Shown piece after piece: positions 48,643 through 56,926 of a stretch of DNA of 64,000 nt (the stretch's first letter is position 1; each line of letters opens with the position of its first letter). The stretch lies in sequence record PQ758395. The stretch is one strand, 5' to 3'. The notes beneath the pieces are model-generated. The model was given only the letters and a program-made list of their open reading frames with translations, searched no databases and had not been told where the DNA came from. The translations under genes and the position numbers were made by a program. The DNA is from Escherichia phage phita32.

Positions 48643-49090
48643 TACTGTAGGGGGAGATCTAATCTCTCTTTTCAAGAAAGGGTCGGGCCACATGATCCAC
48701 GGTTGTAACTGCTTTCACACAATGGGTGCAGGCATAGCGAAAGACATTGCCCGTGAGTTCCCTCAAGCACTGGCAGCCGACAAAGAGACTGCTTATGGTA
48801 ATCTAGACAAGCTGGGTATGTTTTCTTGTTGGGAGCATTTTGCCAAGAACAGGGTCGTATATGGAATCAACCTGTATACCCAGTTCTACCCAGGGCCCAA
48901 TGCTGAATACTTCTCAATCATGAAAGGTTTTGAGCGAGTCAACGAGGTATTCAAAGGTGTGTCATTGCCGTTCTACATTCCTAAAATCGGATGCGGTATT
49001 GGCGGTCTAAAGTGGGAACATGTAGAAGATGTAATTAATCTTGCAACCACAGATATTGATGTGGTTGTAGTAGAGTACAAAAAGTGTTGA
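48632..49090 (+). CDS. Macro-domain-like protein (about 152 aa)
   Basis: GTG at 48632 after GAGGAG RBS (the track ATG at 48536 overlaps the upstream gene); motifs MIHGCNCFHTMGAGIAKDIA and IGCGIGGLKW resemble ADP-ribose-binding macro domains. Confidence 0.45.
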   Translation: MIIDTVGGDLISLFKKGSGHMIHGCNCFHTMGAGIAKDIAREFPQALAADKETAYGNLDKLGMFSCWEHFAKNRVVYGINLYTQFYPGPNAEYFSIMKGFERVNEVFKGVSLPFYIPKIGCGIGGLKWEHVEDVINLATTDIDVVVVEYKKC

Positions 49091-49115
49091 CGACCATCTT
49101 CTGAGGTGATATAGT
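49087..49115 (+). promoter_or_regulatory. Sigma70-like promoter (TTGACG-N17-TATAGT)
   Basis: Near-consensus boxes at the end of the macro gene. Confidence 0.45.
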
Positions 49116-49144
49116 CTCCACAACAACTAAGAGAGGAGAGCACT

Positions 49145-49315
49145 GTGGAGACTAAAATCTTAATTCTTGCTGTGGTAGATACAACCGAAGGAGCTATATT
49201 CGAATCTGCAGGAGGGTATTTCTACCTACCATACGGAAAAAGAACTTCCGAGCCAAGTAAAGATTCAATCCTCAAAGTGTTCCCGTGTGCTTTCTGGCTG
49301 GAGATTTTGGTATAA
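49145..49315 (+). CDS. Hypothetical small protein (56 aa)
   Basis: GTG start after GAGGAG RBS downstream of the promoter; not in the ORF track (below cut-off). Confidence 0.25.
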   Translation: METKILILAVVDTTEGAIFESAGGYFYLPYGKRTSEPSKDSILKVFPCAFWLEILV

Positions 49316-49341
49316 GATTGCAGAGGATTTGGGAGAGAATT

Positions 49342-49536
49342 ATGAGAAACAAGAAAGAGCTTTACTCTGGTGAGTGGATCAACGATCAACAGGTGGGAGA
49401 GGTAACCTGCTTCCGATGTTTTACCAGGTACAATCTTAAAACTGCACCAAAAAGTGTTCCAAAGACTGATGGTTATTACATAAAAGAACCTCATTGCCCA
49501 AAATGTAAATGCCGATTATACTGGAGTAACCTGTAA
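49342..49536 (+). CDS. Small zinc-ribbon protein (about 64 aa)
   Basis: ATG at 49342 after GGGAGA RBS; CFRC...CPKCKC pairs. Confidence 0.4.
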   Translation: MRNKKELYSGEWINDQQVGEVTCFRCFTRYNLKTAPKSVPKTDGYYIKEPHCPKCKCRLYWSNL

Positions 49537-49540
49537 AAGA

Positions 49541-49568
49541 TTGACATCTGAAAACTGCAGTGTATAAT
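49541..49568 (+). promoter_or_regulatory. Consensus sigma70 promoter (TTGACA-N16-TATAAT)
   Basis: Perfect -35 and -10 hexamers. Confidence 0.6.
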
Positions 49569-49599
49569 ATATGCATAAACTAACAGAGAGTGATGTATT

Positions 49600-49791
49600 A
49601 TGGTAATTTTTAACCGGGATGGTATCATAGTTAGACAGCACCCGTTCCTTGAATACTATCAAATTGAGCAATGGTGCTACGGGGATTGCAGTCACTCCTA
49701 TGGGCAAAGTTGGGGATATCGTACAGTTTTTGAATCAACAGACCTTGACAAAGTAAGACAGAAAGTTTTAGAACTTATTAACAACAAGTGA
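49600..49791 (+). CDS. Hypothetical protein (63 aa)
   Basis: ORF downstream of the consensus promoter; GAGAG RBS. Confidence 0.4.
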   Translation: MVIFNRDGIIVRQHPFLEYYQIEQWCYGDCSHSYGQSWGYRTVFESTDLDKVRQKVLELINNK

Positions 49792-49798
49792 GTATGAT

Positions 49799-50131
49799 AT
49801 GGTAACATTAGAAAGACGTAAAGCTATCGCCGCCACACTGGCAGACATCTTTTGGGATTGTAATTTAAAATCTACCCGAAATTGTGGTGCATCTGTAGAT
49901 GTATTATTCCCACGGCCTACTATTGTTGCAATGGGCAACCTGCTCGATGTGGTATACGGAGCATGGGACAAGGAAGGTGGATTCTATATCTGGCAACCTG
50001 ACTACGGGACTTGGAAAGAGGTTAGTGGTTCTACGGACTTCACTCCTGCAGTGGCTAAAATGGATGGCTGGAAAATCTATGTCGGTAACGACATGGAACT
50101 GAAAGGCGAAATTGTTTACTGGTTACCTTAA
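49799..50131 (+). CDS. Hypothetical protein (110 aa)
   Basis: ORF, co-oriented. Confidence 0.35.
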   Translation: MVTLERRKAIAATLADIFWDCNLKSTRNCGASVDVLFPRPTIVAMGNLLDVVYGAWDKEGGFYIWQPDYGTWKEVSGSTDFTPAVAKMDGWKIYVGNDMELKGEIVYWLP

Positions 50132-50152
50132 AAAAGTCCAGGAGATAAAGTT

Positions 50153-50398
50153 ATGAACAAAGGGTGGACATTTGTAGACGGCGTTAAAAACATGCCTCTA
50201 GGAAAGTATATTGTAGCCATGGCAGATGAGAATGGCAAGGTGGATTTCGGAGTTTGCGAGGTTGTTCTTGCAGGATCTGGTGACTATGCTCACAAAACTG
50301 GGATAATTAACGATCATTTCTACTTTGATTACAACCCTGTTGTGGCGTATATGGCTATGCCAGAGTTAGAGCTCCCAAAGGAGGGTGCAGATGTTTAA
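50153..50398 (+). CDS. Hypothetical protein (81 aa)
   Basis: AGGAGA RBS. Confidence 0.4.
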   Translation: MNKGWTFVDGVKNMPLGKYIVAMADENGKVDFGVCEVVLAGSGDYAHKTGIINDHFYFDYNPVVAYMAMPELELPKEGADV

Positions 50399-50588
50399 GC
50401 TTAAATCTGCATGGAACATCGCTGTGGGGGACGAGATCCGCATCCCAGGTGGAAAGACCATTATGAAGATATCACGTATCGAGTATGAAGGTGATCGTGT
50501 ATTTCATATCTTTGCAGAAGATGGCCGAGAAATTTATATACAGGCAGGCTCTCACATCTATATCCGTAAGAAAGGGGACGACAAATGA
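50385..50588 (+). CDS. Hypothetical protein (67 aa)
   Basis: AGGAGGG RBS; overlaps the neighbour. Confidence 0.35.
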   Translation: MQMFKLKSAWNIAVGDEIRIPGGKTIMKISRIEYEGDRVFHIFAEDGREIYIQAGSHIYIRKKGDDK

Positions 50589-50917
50589 CAGAGATCATCG
50601 TTTCAACTGCAGGGTATGTATTCCTGACAATCATTGCGCTGGCTATTCTGGTGGCGGTGTATGGATTTGTTATCCTGCCTATTCTTGAGACATTTAGTTT
50701 GTGTCGGTGCTGGAGAAAAGCTTACGGACCACAACCGTGGAAAGACTGGTTCCATTTGGTGCGTATAGCGTTCTCTTATGCCTATGACCACTCTAGCAGT
50801 GCATGCGTAACCGGGTACCATGCCTACAACTGGAACTGGGAAGGGCTGGGGAGATGGACTGTTACAAAAACTATACCCTTACGGTTGTATAAAGGAAAGA
50901 ACACACTGGGAGCCTGA
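50585..50917 (+). CDS. Hypothetical membrane protein (110 aa)
   Basis: Two hydrophobic helices at the N-terminus; Cys/Trp-rich tail. Confidence 0.35.
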   Translation: MTEIIVSTAGYVFLTIIALAILVAVYGFVILPILETFSLCRCWRKAYGPQPWKDWFHLVRIAFSYAYDHSSSACVTGYHAYNWNWEGLGRWTVTKTIPLRLYKGKNTLGA

Positions 50918-50939
50918 TATTTTAAGTTATCAGGTTGCC

Positions 50940-51450
50940 AGAGATCAGGAGGATTTCTAAAATGGATTTCCTCCTTTTGATATTTTACCTACCAGGATAT
51001 TTTAAAATCCTTAGAAAATCAGAAAATGGATCGAAAACTAAAATGGATTTTTCAGAGCAGGCACGACGAGATGAACCACTCATCCTATCGTTTGCACCAT
51101 ATTCCAGACCACCATTACAGATTTCCCGCACATGCTCACATCCTTCTCCTAGAACTTCCCCCACTTACCCTTGACCTTTTATGGTAATGATATAACCACT
51201 ATCTTGAAGTTGCGGTGCAGCTTTCCAAGTACTCGATCTGTTTTTCGTTTCAAAGATTGAATTTTCTGAAAATTTTTCTCGATAAATTTCTCAGTACTCG
51301 ATCTGTTTTTCGTTTTCTGAATCGGATTTTCTGGAAATCGTTCCGGCTCTCGACCTGAAATTTTTGGGGACGAAATCGATTTTTCGTTTTCAGAAATGGA
51401 TTTTTAAAATTTCTATATGGGAATATTTTAGTGGATACTATTTTATAGGA
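50940..51450. repeat. Non-coding repeat region: AAATGGATTT motifs and about 3 degenerate ~60-bp direct repeats (AGTACTCGATCTGTTTTTCGTTT...)
   Basis: AGTACTCGATCTGTTTTTCGTTT occurs at about 51229 and 51292 with a degenerate third copy near 51350; (A)AAATGGATT(T) recurs at least four times between 50955 and 51400; no credible ORF. Confidence 0.6.
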
Positions 51451-51553
51451 AATTGTTACGGAGGGTAATTAGCGTGCTAATTAAATTTATTAAATGCGAG
51501 GAGTTCTAATTTAGAATTTTGAATGATAATCATTCTCGTTTGCAGAATAACGG

Positions 51554-51575
51554 GCAGGCCCGGTGATTGTCTCCC
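51554..51575 (+). repeat. Conserved element copy 1 (GCAGGCCCGGTGATTGTCTCCC)
   Basis: 22-nt core also present inverted at 61118..61139; 13-mer GTGATTGTCTCCC also at 51697. Confidence 0.6.
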
Positions 51576-51696
51576 GGCCCCTGTTGCCCCGGCTTGTTAT
51601 TATAGTATCACGCAGGACAAAGAAAGCAAGGATTTTTTGCATAAATTTTTAGACGATAATGATAACCGTTCTCATTCTATCTAGCGCCCATCCCCA

Positions 51697-51709
51697 GTGA
51701 TTGTCTCCC
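51697..51709 (+). repeat. Conserved element copy 2 (GTGATTGTCTCCC core in a paralogous ~100-nt unit)
   Basis: Units at about 51519-51620 and 51650-51760 share GATAAT(C/G)AT..GTTCTC..GTGATTGTCTCCC..TAT..CAC.AGG. Confidence 0.5.
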
Positions 51710-52058
51710 CCGTCACCAGGGCCTGCCGTCCTTTCGATAGGTATATTGTGCCACCTGGCGGGGCCGCTGTCAACACCTTTCAAAAAAAAAAAATTATAAC
51801 CAGGTGCGCCCACTGCCAGGACCTGGCGGGGCCAACCTGGCAGGTCCGCGCTATAAAGTGAACAGCTACAGAAGAGGTACAAAAATGAAAGGTAATGCTA
51901 CTCACCTGGAAAATAGTAATTGATGATACGGAAGCTATCGCCCTGGTCGAGAAGGCTAAAACTGAAGCACCGGAACATAAAGAAGAGTACGAAAAACGGT
52001 GGTGATCTGGCAGGGCGGCGGCAGGTGGATTCTATCATAAAAATAATTTAAAATAATT

Positions 52059-52087
52059 GTTGACAACCGGGGGAGTCCTGCTATTCT
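52059..52087 (+). promoter_or_regulatory. Sigma70-like promoter (TTGACA-N16/17-TATTCT)
   Basis: AT-rich upstream region, consensus -35; precedes the gene at 52139. Confidence 0.5.
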
Positions 52088-52138
52088 TATCCTACAAGGT
52101 GAACAACACCGCACTAACTAGTAAAGAGGATAAAAATC

Positions 52139-52351
52139 ATGAACGCATACGGAATCAAAGTACGTCGCAACACTCGCCAGGTGGTAACCGATCAAGTGGT
52201 TTGCCTGGTGGATGTAACCATCAACAACGGGCAAGGCCTTTATAAATTTCGTCGCGGTCATAGTTATACCCTGCAACAGCTTAACCGTTGCGCCCTGACA
52301 AAAGGTCAGATCAACCACTGGTTTAATAAAAAAATAAATATTGACATGTAG
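52139..52351 (+). CDS. Early small protein (70 aa)
   Basis: AAAGAGGA RBS plus own promoter. Confidence 0.45.
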   Translation: MNAYGIKVRRNTRQVVTDQVVCLVDVTINNGQGLYKFRRGHSYTLQQLNRCALTKGQINHWFNKKINIDM

Positions 52352-52369
52352 TCTGAAACAAAATATACT
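52341..52369 (+). promoter_or_regulatory. Sigma70 promoter (TTGACA-N17-TATACT)
   Basis: Near-consensus; overlaps the end of the upstream ORF. Confidence 0.6.
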
Positions 52370-52401
52370 AAAAGCACAAAAGACACTAAGAGGATAAAAT
52401 C

Positions 52402-52800
52402 ATGAAAACCACAACCTTTAATTTTGATAATGCTAACTTCTCTTTTTCTGATGTTAAGAACTGCCGCCGTGATCGCGGATTCTACAAGGCCTATAATCTG
52501 GTTGGCCTTGACGATGATAATAATTTGCACGAAGTGGCGGAGATCCGGTACTATGCCGCCGCCAGTGGTAACACTAACTACTGCGTTTTTTGGATACACG
52601 ACAACAAGAACAATAAGTACGGTTATACTGGCGGCAAGGCGAGCGGTCACGGTTATGATAAAGCCAACGCTGCACTTGAAAGCGCATTAAATGCCATGGG
52701 AATCACTGCTAACGGCTGGATCTATGAAGAAGAATTTTTGGCGGCACTTGCTGCCCACCTGGGCTATAAAAAGCACATTGTAACATGCGCCCACGAATAA
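52402..52800 (+). CDS. Early protein (132 aa)
   Basis: AAGAGGA RBS plus own promoter. Confidence 0.45.
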   Translation: MKTTTFNFDNANFSFSDVKNCRRDRGFYKAYNLVGLDDDNNLHEVAEIRYYAAASGNTNYCVFWIHDNKNNKYGYTGGKASGHGYDKANAALESALNAMGITANGWIYEEEFLAALAAHLGYKKHIVTCAHE

Positions 52801-52811
52801 AAAAAAAATAT

Positions 52812-52839
52812 TTGACACGCCACAAAATTTAAGTAGACT
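52812..52839 (+). promoter_or_regulatory. Sigma70-like promoter (TTGACA-N16-TAGACT) with downstream 5' hairpin GGCGGGAAACATCCCGCC
   Basis: A-rich UP region, consensus -35, then conserved leader hairpin and GAGGAAAA RBS. Confidence 0.5.
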
Positions 52840-52883
52840 ATATACAAAGGCGGGAAACATCCCGCCAACACAGAGGAAAAGCT

Positions 52884-53279
52884 ATGAATAAGAACGTACG
52901 CCGCATCATGAACGAACTGGCAAACGATGAAAAAATTATTGACATGCATTTGGTCAACATTTGCCGCCGTTGTGTAACATACAACAACCGCGCCGCAAAA
53001 GCGCGTGAGATGAACGCAAAAGGCACCTTAAAGCCCTTTCAGGTGGTTGTAAAATCTATAACTAATGCAGCAGGCCAGGCGCATGATCACAACAACGAGA
53101 GCACTAATATTGATCCGTCTTACGTAATGAAACGGATCCGGACTTGCAAGAATAAAGAGCAGGTGTATAACGTCATAGATTGGCTTGATTCCATGGGCGA
53201 CGTGGTTTACAATAGATTTTCTGCAGCTATTGAAATTCAGTTAGACAGGTTGGACGGGAAAGTACTAAAAACTTACTGA
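52884..53279 (+). CDS. Early protein (131 aa)
   Basis: Promoter, leader hairpin and RBS all present. Confidence 0.45.
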   Translation: MNKNVRRIMNELANDEKIIDMHLVNICRRCVTYNNRAAKAREMNAKGTLKPFQVVVKSITNAAGQAHDHNNESTNIDPSYVMKRIRTCKNKEQVYNVIDWLDSMGDVVYNRFSAAIEIQLDRLDGKVLKTY

Positions 53280-53280
53280 G

Positions 53281-53326
53281 TTTATTTTTAGATGGCCTTG
53301 ACTCCAGGGCCATCAATAAAGTAAAC
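53281..53326 (+). repeat. 46-nt intergenic palindromic element, copy 1 (TTTATTTTTAGATGGCCTTGACTCCAGGGCCATCAATAAAGTAAAC)
   Basis: 7-bp stem GATGGCC/GGCCATC with TTGACT in the loop; near-identical copies at 53902 and 57619, variant at 54247. Confidence 0.65.
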
Positions 53327-53359
53327 TAATCCCAGTTAAGCGAAAAAGGAGGCTTGAAG

Positions 53360-53479
53360 ATGAGCACTACACGCCAGCACACAAAGGTAACTATTATCGT
53401 TTGCATCATTGGTTATATCCTGGCGCAAATGTTGATGGGTAGCGCCAACGGTGTCGCAAAATTTTTCTTAAACTTTTAA
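53360..53479 (+). CDS. Small hydrophobic peptide (39 aa)
   Basis: AAGGAGG RBS at 7-nt spacing; predicted single transmembrane helix; below the track cut-off. Confidence 0.3.
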   Translation: MSTTRQHTKVTIIVCIIGYILAQMLMGSANGVAKFFLNF

Positions 53480-53506
53480 TTGACAAGCTAACTTAGATCA
53501 GTATAC
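53479..53506 (+). promoter_or_regulatory. Sigma70 promoter (TTGACA-N16-TATACT) with leader hairpin
   Basis: Followed by CGGGAAAACTTCCC hairpin and AAGGAGA RBS. Confidence 0.55.
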
Positions 53507-53558
53507 TAAACACATAAACGGGAAAACTTCCCAGAACACACAAAAGGAGAAAAACACC

Positions 53559-53900
53559 ATGACTACTATGACCGCCGCAGAAAAAGCTATTCAGGTTGCA
53601 GCACTGAAAAAACAGATCGCAGACCTTGAGAACAAGATCGATAACTTTGAAATCGACGAGGACAAGTACGACGAAAACTATGATGAATGGTTAGACGAGA
53701 TCTACGGCGAAATTATGATCGGAAACATTTCTTTTCTTCCGTCGCGTATCCTCAAGGAGCTAGATCCTATCGCTTACCGCTGCGGATTTAGCGACTACAT
53801 CGACAGCCTGGATATTGAGGACGATGAAGAATACCAGGAATTACAGACAGAGTTGGAAGAAGCAAAAGAAGAGCTTGCAGAACTGGAAGAAAACGAGTAA
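53559..53900 (+). CDS. Early acidic coiled-coil protein (113 aa)
   Basis: Own promoter and RBS; strongly acidic (DE-rich) C-terminal half. Confidence 0.45.
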   Translation: MTTMTAAEKAIQVAALKKQIADLENKIDNFEIDEDKYDENYDEWLDEIYGEIMIGNISFLPSRILKELDPIAYRCGFSDYIDSLDIEDDEEYQELQTELEEAKEELAELEENE

Positions 53901-53901
53901 A

Positions 53902-53947
53902 TTTATTTTTAGATGGCCTTGACGCCAGGGCCATCGATAAAGTAAAC
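53902..53947 (+). repeat. 46-nt intergenic palindromic element, copy 2
   Basis: Two substitutions relative to copy 1 (TTGACG loop; CGATAAAG). Confidence 0.65.
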
Positions 53948-53989
53948 TTTATACTGTTAACACTGAACTAATACAGAGGAGTTAAAACC

Positions 53990-54235
53990 ATGGCAGCACT
54001 AATCACCAAATACTATGCACCGACCAACACCAAAAGCGCACGCATCTTGGTAAAAGGATTCGGACGTAAAAAGGTTTACACCTGGGATTATGCCTTAGAC
54101 ATGGAAGACAACTACACCAACGCGATGACAGATTTTATTAATGAACTAAATAAACAGATCTTAACCAATTATAAGGTGACCGACATCGCCTATGTTGGGG
54201 AAGGTGGGATCTGTTTTGTCGGTATTGTCAAATAA
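53990..54235 (+). CDS. Early small protein (81 aa)
   Basis: GAGGAG RBS. Confidence 0.45.
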   Translation: MAALITKYYAPTNTKSARILVKGFGRKKVYTWDYALDMEDNYTNAMTDFINELNKQILTNYKVTDIAYVGEGGICFVGIVK

Positions 54236-54246
54236 GCTGTTTTTCG

Positions 54247-54278
54247 GTGGCCCTGGTGGCAGGGCCATCTATAAAGAT
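54247..54278 (+). repeat. Variant of the palindromic intergenic element (TGGCCCTGGTGGCAGGGCCA + TATAAAG)
   Basis: Same GGCC..GGCC stem type and downstream ATAAAG, but no TTGAC in the loop. Confidence 0.45.
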
Positions 54279-54309
54279 AGTTTATTAACACCATGAAAGG
54301 AGAAAGTAC

Positions 54310-54663
54310 ATGATCAGTGGGGCTAGTTTTATTATTGGCGCTATTGCTACGGCTTTAATTGTAAACAAGATCCAGGATAAAAAGGAAAGAGGAAGTACCG
54401 ACCTTGCAGAATATCCATTTTGGACATTCAATGATAACGAAGATTATATTGTAAAGTATAAAAATAAAGAAGGTGACCAAGTAACACCGCGACCGATCCC
54501 GGCTTACAAGATGCAGGAAACACTATACCGCTTGGAGGCGGGAGGCGCAAAAATTGTGGACTTTTGGGGATACGATCACACAGATCAGGAAGTTATAAAG
54601 CGCCGTATCCGGGCTATTCAGGCCAATATTGAAGTTAGCAAGGGGGGAATATATGAAGATTAA
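54310..54663 (+). CDS. Early membrane-anchored protein (117 aa)
   Basis: AAGGAGA RBS; N-terminal hydrophobic helix. Confidence 0.45.
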   Translation: MISGASFIIGAIATALIVNKIQDKKERGSTDLAEYPFWTFNDNEDYIVKYKNKEGDQVTPRPIPAYKMQETLYRLEAGGAKIVDFWGYDHTDQEVIKRRIRAIQANIEVSKGGIYED

Positions 54664-54850
54664 TTTTGAGAAGATTGTAAAGCGATCTCATGATTCCGAA
54701 GAGCTGCCGGAACGCCGCCAGCGTAACAATAAACTGAATAAGCCAAAAAGATTTGGGAAGATCTGGCGGAATCATTATGATCGTAAATTGCCGGGCCTCC
54801 TTTTGGAACGTGAACGACAGGCGGAACGATACCGCCACAAAGGCAAATAA
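54653..54850 (+). CDS. Early small basic protein (about 65 aa)
   Basis: ATG at 54653 after GGGGGGA RBS; highly basic (R/K-rich); terminator follows. Confidence 0.35.
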   Translation: MKINFEKIVKRSHDSEELPERRQRNNKLNKPKRFGKIWRNHYDRKLPGLLLERERQAERYRHKGK

Positions 54851-54858
54851 CAACCAAC

Positions 54859-54884
54859 GCCCCGCTATTGTGCGGGGCTTTTTA
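54859..54884 (+). terminator. Intrinsic terminator (GCCCCGC-TATTGT-GCGGGGC + T-run)
   Basis: Perfect 7-bp GC stem then TTTTTATTT. Confidence 0.65.
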
Positions 54885-55009
54885 TTTCTATCCCGCCGAT
54901 AGCGCCCCTGGTTGGCCCCACAACGCCCTAAAGGCCCCCTACCTATGCAATCTCCTTTCTTAACCTGAAAACATCGTCAAAGGCCGTTTTAAAGCGTTAA
55001 AAATATTGT

Positions 55010-55037
55010 TGACATCTAAAATATTCTAGATATACTA
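55010..55037 (+). promoter_or_regulatory. Sigma70 promoter (TTGACA-N16-TATACT)
   Basis: Near-consensus boxes. Confidence 0.55.
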
Positions 55038-55071
55038 ATCACATCAAAGCGAGAAGTAAGGAGTAAACGCC

Positions 55072-55341
55072 ATGCGTAAATTGAAAAATTTTGATAAAGT
55101 CGATGTTGTCCTAAATAATTTTTACTACTGCAATAATAAAGCCGTTTGGTGGCGCGATAATTCCACCGATAAGGTTAAGGCGCGCTTTCTCCAAGGGTAC
55201 TGGCAAGGCCGTCCAGTGATTAAAATCCTGGGGCAATTGGTAGCGTTTAAAAATTGCCGCCGTGTTGACGACGTTGAAGAGATTTTAAACATTTTGCGCC
55301 ACAATAATTTAAAAATAGTGTTGACAAGTAAATATCGATAA
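55072..55341 (+). CDS. Early small protein (89 aa)
   Basis: AAGGAG RBS plus own promoter. Confidence 0.45.
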   Translation: MRKLKNFDKVDVVLNNFYYCNNKAVWWRDNSTDKVKARFLQGYWQGRPVIKILGQLVAFKNCRRVDDVEEILNILRHNNLKIVLTSKYR

Positions 55342-55348
55342 GTATACT
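55321..55348 (+). promoter_or_regulatory. Sigma70 promoter (TTGACA-N16-TATACT) with leader hairpin GGCGGGAAAACTTCCCGCC
   Basis: Promoter overlaps the end of the upstream ORF; conserved leader hairpin at about 55359-55377. Confidence 0.6.
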
Positions 55349-55405
55349 TAAACACACAGGCGGGAAAACTTCCCGCCACTAACAAAGAAAATAGGAGAAA
55401 ATATC

Positions 55406-56029
55406 ATGACCACCGTTAACATTACTACAGGTTACAATTTATCTTTCGACGTGCTGACCGACGAACAAAAAGAAAAAGCCGTTGAAATGGTCCGCGAAAG
55501 AGAAGAACACAGCGGGGATAACTTTTTTGCAGAAAGTGTAATTGAATACTATAAAGAGTATGTTTTTCCAGAGTACGGGCTTGAAGATACAGAGGTACAT
55601 TGGTCCGGCTTTTGGTGCCAGGGTGACGGCGCGTCAATCAGTGCTGAAAACGTGGACTTAGAAAAATTCTTGCGTAAAGTCAAGTCTCTGACTAAATTCC
55701 GCTCAATTCGCCACTTGTTCGGCACAATGCATGACGGGGAATTATCAGCCAGTGTTGAACGTGACACATACAGCCGCTATAGTCACGAAAACACTGTAAA
55801 CGGATACATCGATACTACTTGGCTAGACCTAACCGCCAAACAAGAAAACAAAGTGGAAGATTTGGAAGAGCTGATCACCGAGACGGTACGGGAGTTATCC
55901 CGCAAGGTTTACGTAGACTTGGAAGCGGCCTATTTGGAGCAATTCACATCTGAAAACTTGATCGGCCTTATCGAGGCCAATGATTGGCGGTTTGATGTCG
56001 ATGAATATGGTGAGATGACTTTTTCATAA
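55406..56029 (+). CDS. Early protein (207 aa)
   Basis: AGGAGAAAA RBS; acidic protein. Confidence 0.45.
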   Translation: MTTVNITTGYNLSFDVLTDEQKEKAVEMVREREEHSGDNFFAESVIEYYKEYVFPEYGLEDTEVHWSGFWCQGDGASISAENVDLEKFLRKVKSLTKFRSIRHLFGTMHDGELSASVERDTYSRYSHENTVNGYIDTTWLDLTAKQENKVEDLEELITETVRELSRKVYVDLEAAYLEQFTSENLIGLIEANDWRFDVDEYGEMTFS

Positions 56030-56037
56030 ATAAAGTG

Positions 56038-56065
56038 TTGCAATAACCTAAAAACCTGTTATATT
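56038..56065 (+). promoter_or_regulatory. Sigma70-like promoter (TTGCAA-N16-TATATT) with leader hairpin GGGGCAAGACGTTTGCCCC
   Basis: Promoter, leader hairpin and AAGAGGAAAA RBS. Confidence 0.5.
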
Positions 56066-56118
56066 AAAACTCAAGGGGGCAAGACGTTTGCCCCACACAA
56101 AACAAAGAGGAAAACATC

Positions 56119-56499
56119 ATGAAAAACACTACTAAAGCTATTGACACCGTTATGTTTAACCTGGTTACCTTTCGCGAGGATATGAAAGATCTTCCACGTG
56201 AAACAGTGTGCGACCATATCGAAAACTATCGCAAACTAATCAAAGAGTTGCCTTTAAAACGTGACCAGTATGCGGCTAACGCTATGCTTAACGCTATGAT
56301 CAAAAAGATGATCCAGTGTGATTTAACTCTGGCCTATGATTATGCAGGTGGTCGTTTTGCAGTATACAATCGGCCCGTGCCTGGTATGAGCACCACCGAA
56401 GAATTGCACGCGCTCAATCTAAAACAAGACGTGTGGGATAGTATGCCCCGCGTGGTGGTGTGGGCAGAAAGCGGAAAGATTTACGGCGATAATTTTTAA
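56119..56499 (+). CDS. Early protein (126 aa)
   Basis: Own promoter and RBS; terminator follows. Confidence 0.45.
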   Translation: MKNTTKAIDTVMFNLVTFREDMKDLPRETVCDHIENYRKLIKELPLKRDQYAANAMLNAMIKKMIQCDLTLAYDYAGGRFAVYNRPVPGMSTTEELHALNLKQDVWDSMPRVVVWAESGKIYGDNF

Positions 56500-56508
56500 T
56501 CAGGTAAC

Positions 56509-56536
56509 AGGCGGCGGCATATTTGCCGCCTTATTG
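56509..56536 (+). terminator. Intrinsic terminator (GGCGGC-ATATTT-GCCGCC + T-rich)
   Basis: GC stem followed by TTATTGTT. Confidence 0.5.
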
Positions 56537-56566
56537 TTAAACAGAACTGTAAAAGAGGTACATAGA

Positions 56567-56926
56567 ATGGAATTTATTATTCTGACTGTATTAGTTGCCT
56601 TGTTCAACGCCTGGATCGCTGGCAAGGTAGGCAGATCCGCTTTCTTATGGTTTATTATATCTATTTTCCTGGGAGTGGTTGCAACTATCATATTGGTTAT
56701 CCTTGCAATTGTTGACAAAGGTAATAATAGAAAGGGTAAAGTATTTTCCGACCTGTATGACGCACAAACGTTCGTCAACGCCTATTATGGTGATCTCCCG
56801 GTATCCCTACGCTGCAGCCTGGCACAACAGGTTTTTGATGAAGCTAAAACCAGAGATCAAGCCCATGAGATATGTTTAACTGAGGCGGATCGCCTATTTG
56901 AGAGGAATAGAAAATATGTGGGCTAA
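56567..56926 (+). CDS. Early membrane protein (about 119 aa)
   Basis: ATG after AAAGAGG RBS; two predicted transmembrane helices. Confidence 0.4.
   Translation: MEFIILTVLVALFNAWIAGKVGRSAFLWFIISIFLGVVATIILVILAIVDKGNNRKGKVFSDLYDAQTFVNAYYGDLPVSLRCSLAQQVFDEAKTRDQAHEICLTEADRLFERNRKYVG

Noticed and set aside
50935-51174. 79-aa + strand ORF in the six-frame track
   Set aside because: It is built from the AAATGGATTT and related repeats, has protein-unlike composition (Pro/Ser/Arg-rich tail) and lies in the non-coding repeat region; most likely spurious.
51229-51420. Possible CRISPR array (regularly spaced direct repeats)
   Set aside because: Repeat units are degenerate, about 60 bp long and contiguous, without unique spacers of uniform length; no cas genes. 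More consistent with iterons or binding-site repeats.
51885-52005. Short ORFs (12 aa and about 36 aa) downstream of an RBS-like AGAAGAGG at about 51870
   Set aside because: Too short and ambiguous in frame to call; they could be leader peptides, but there is no supporting evidence.
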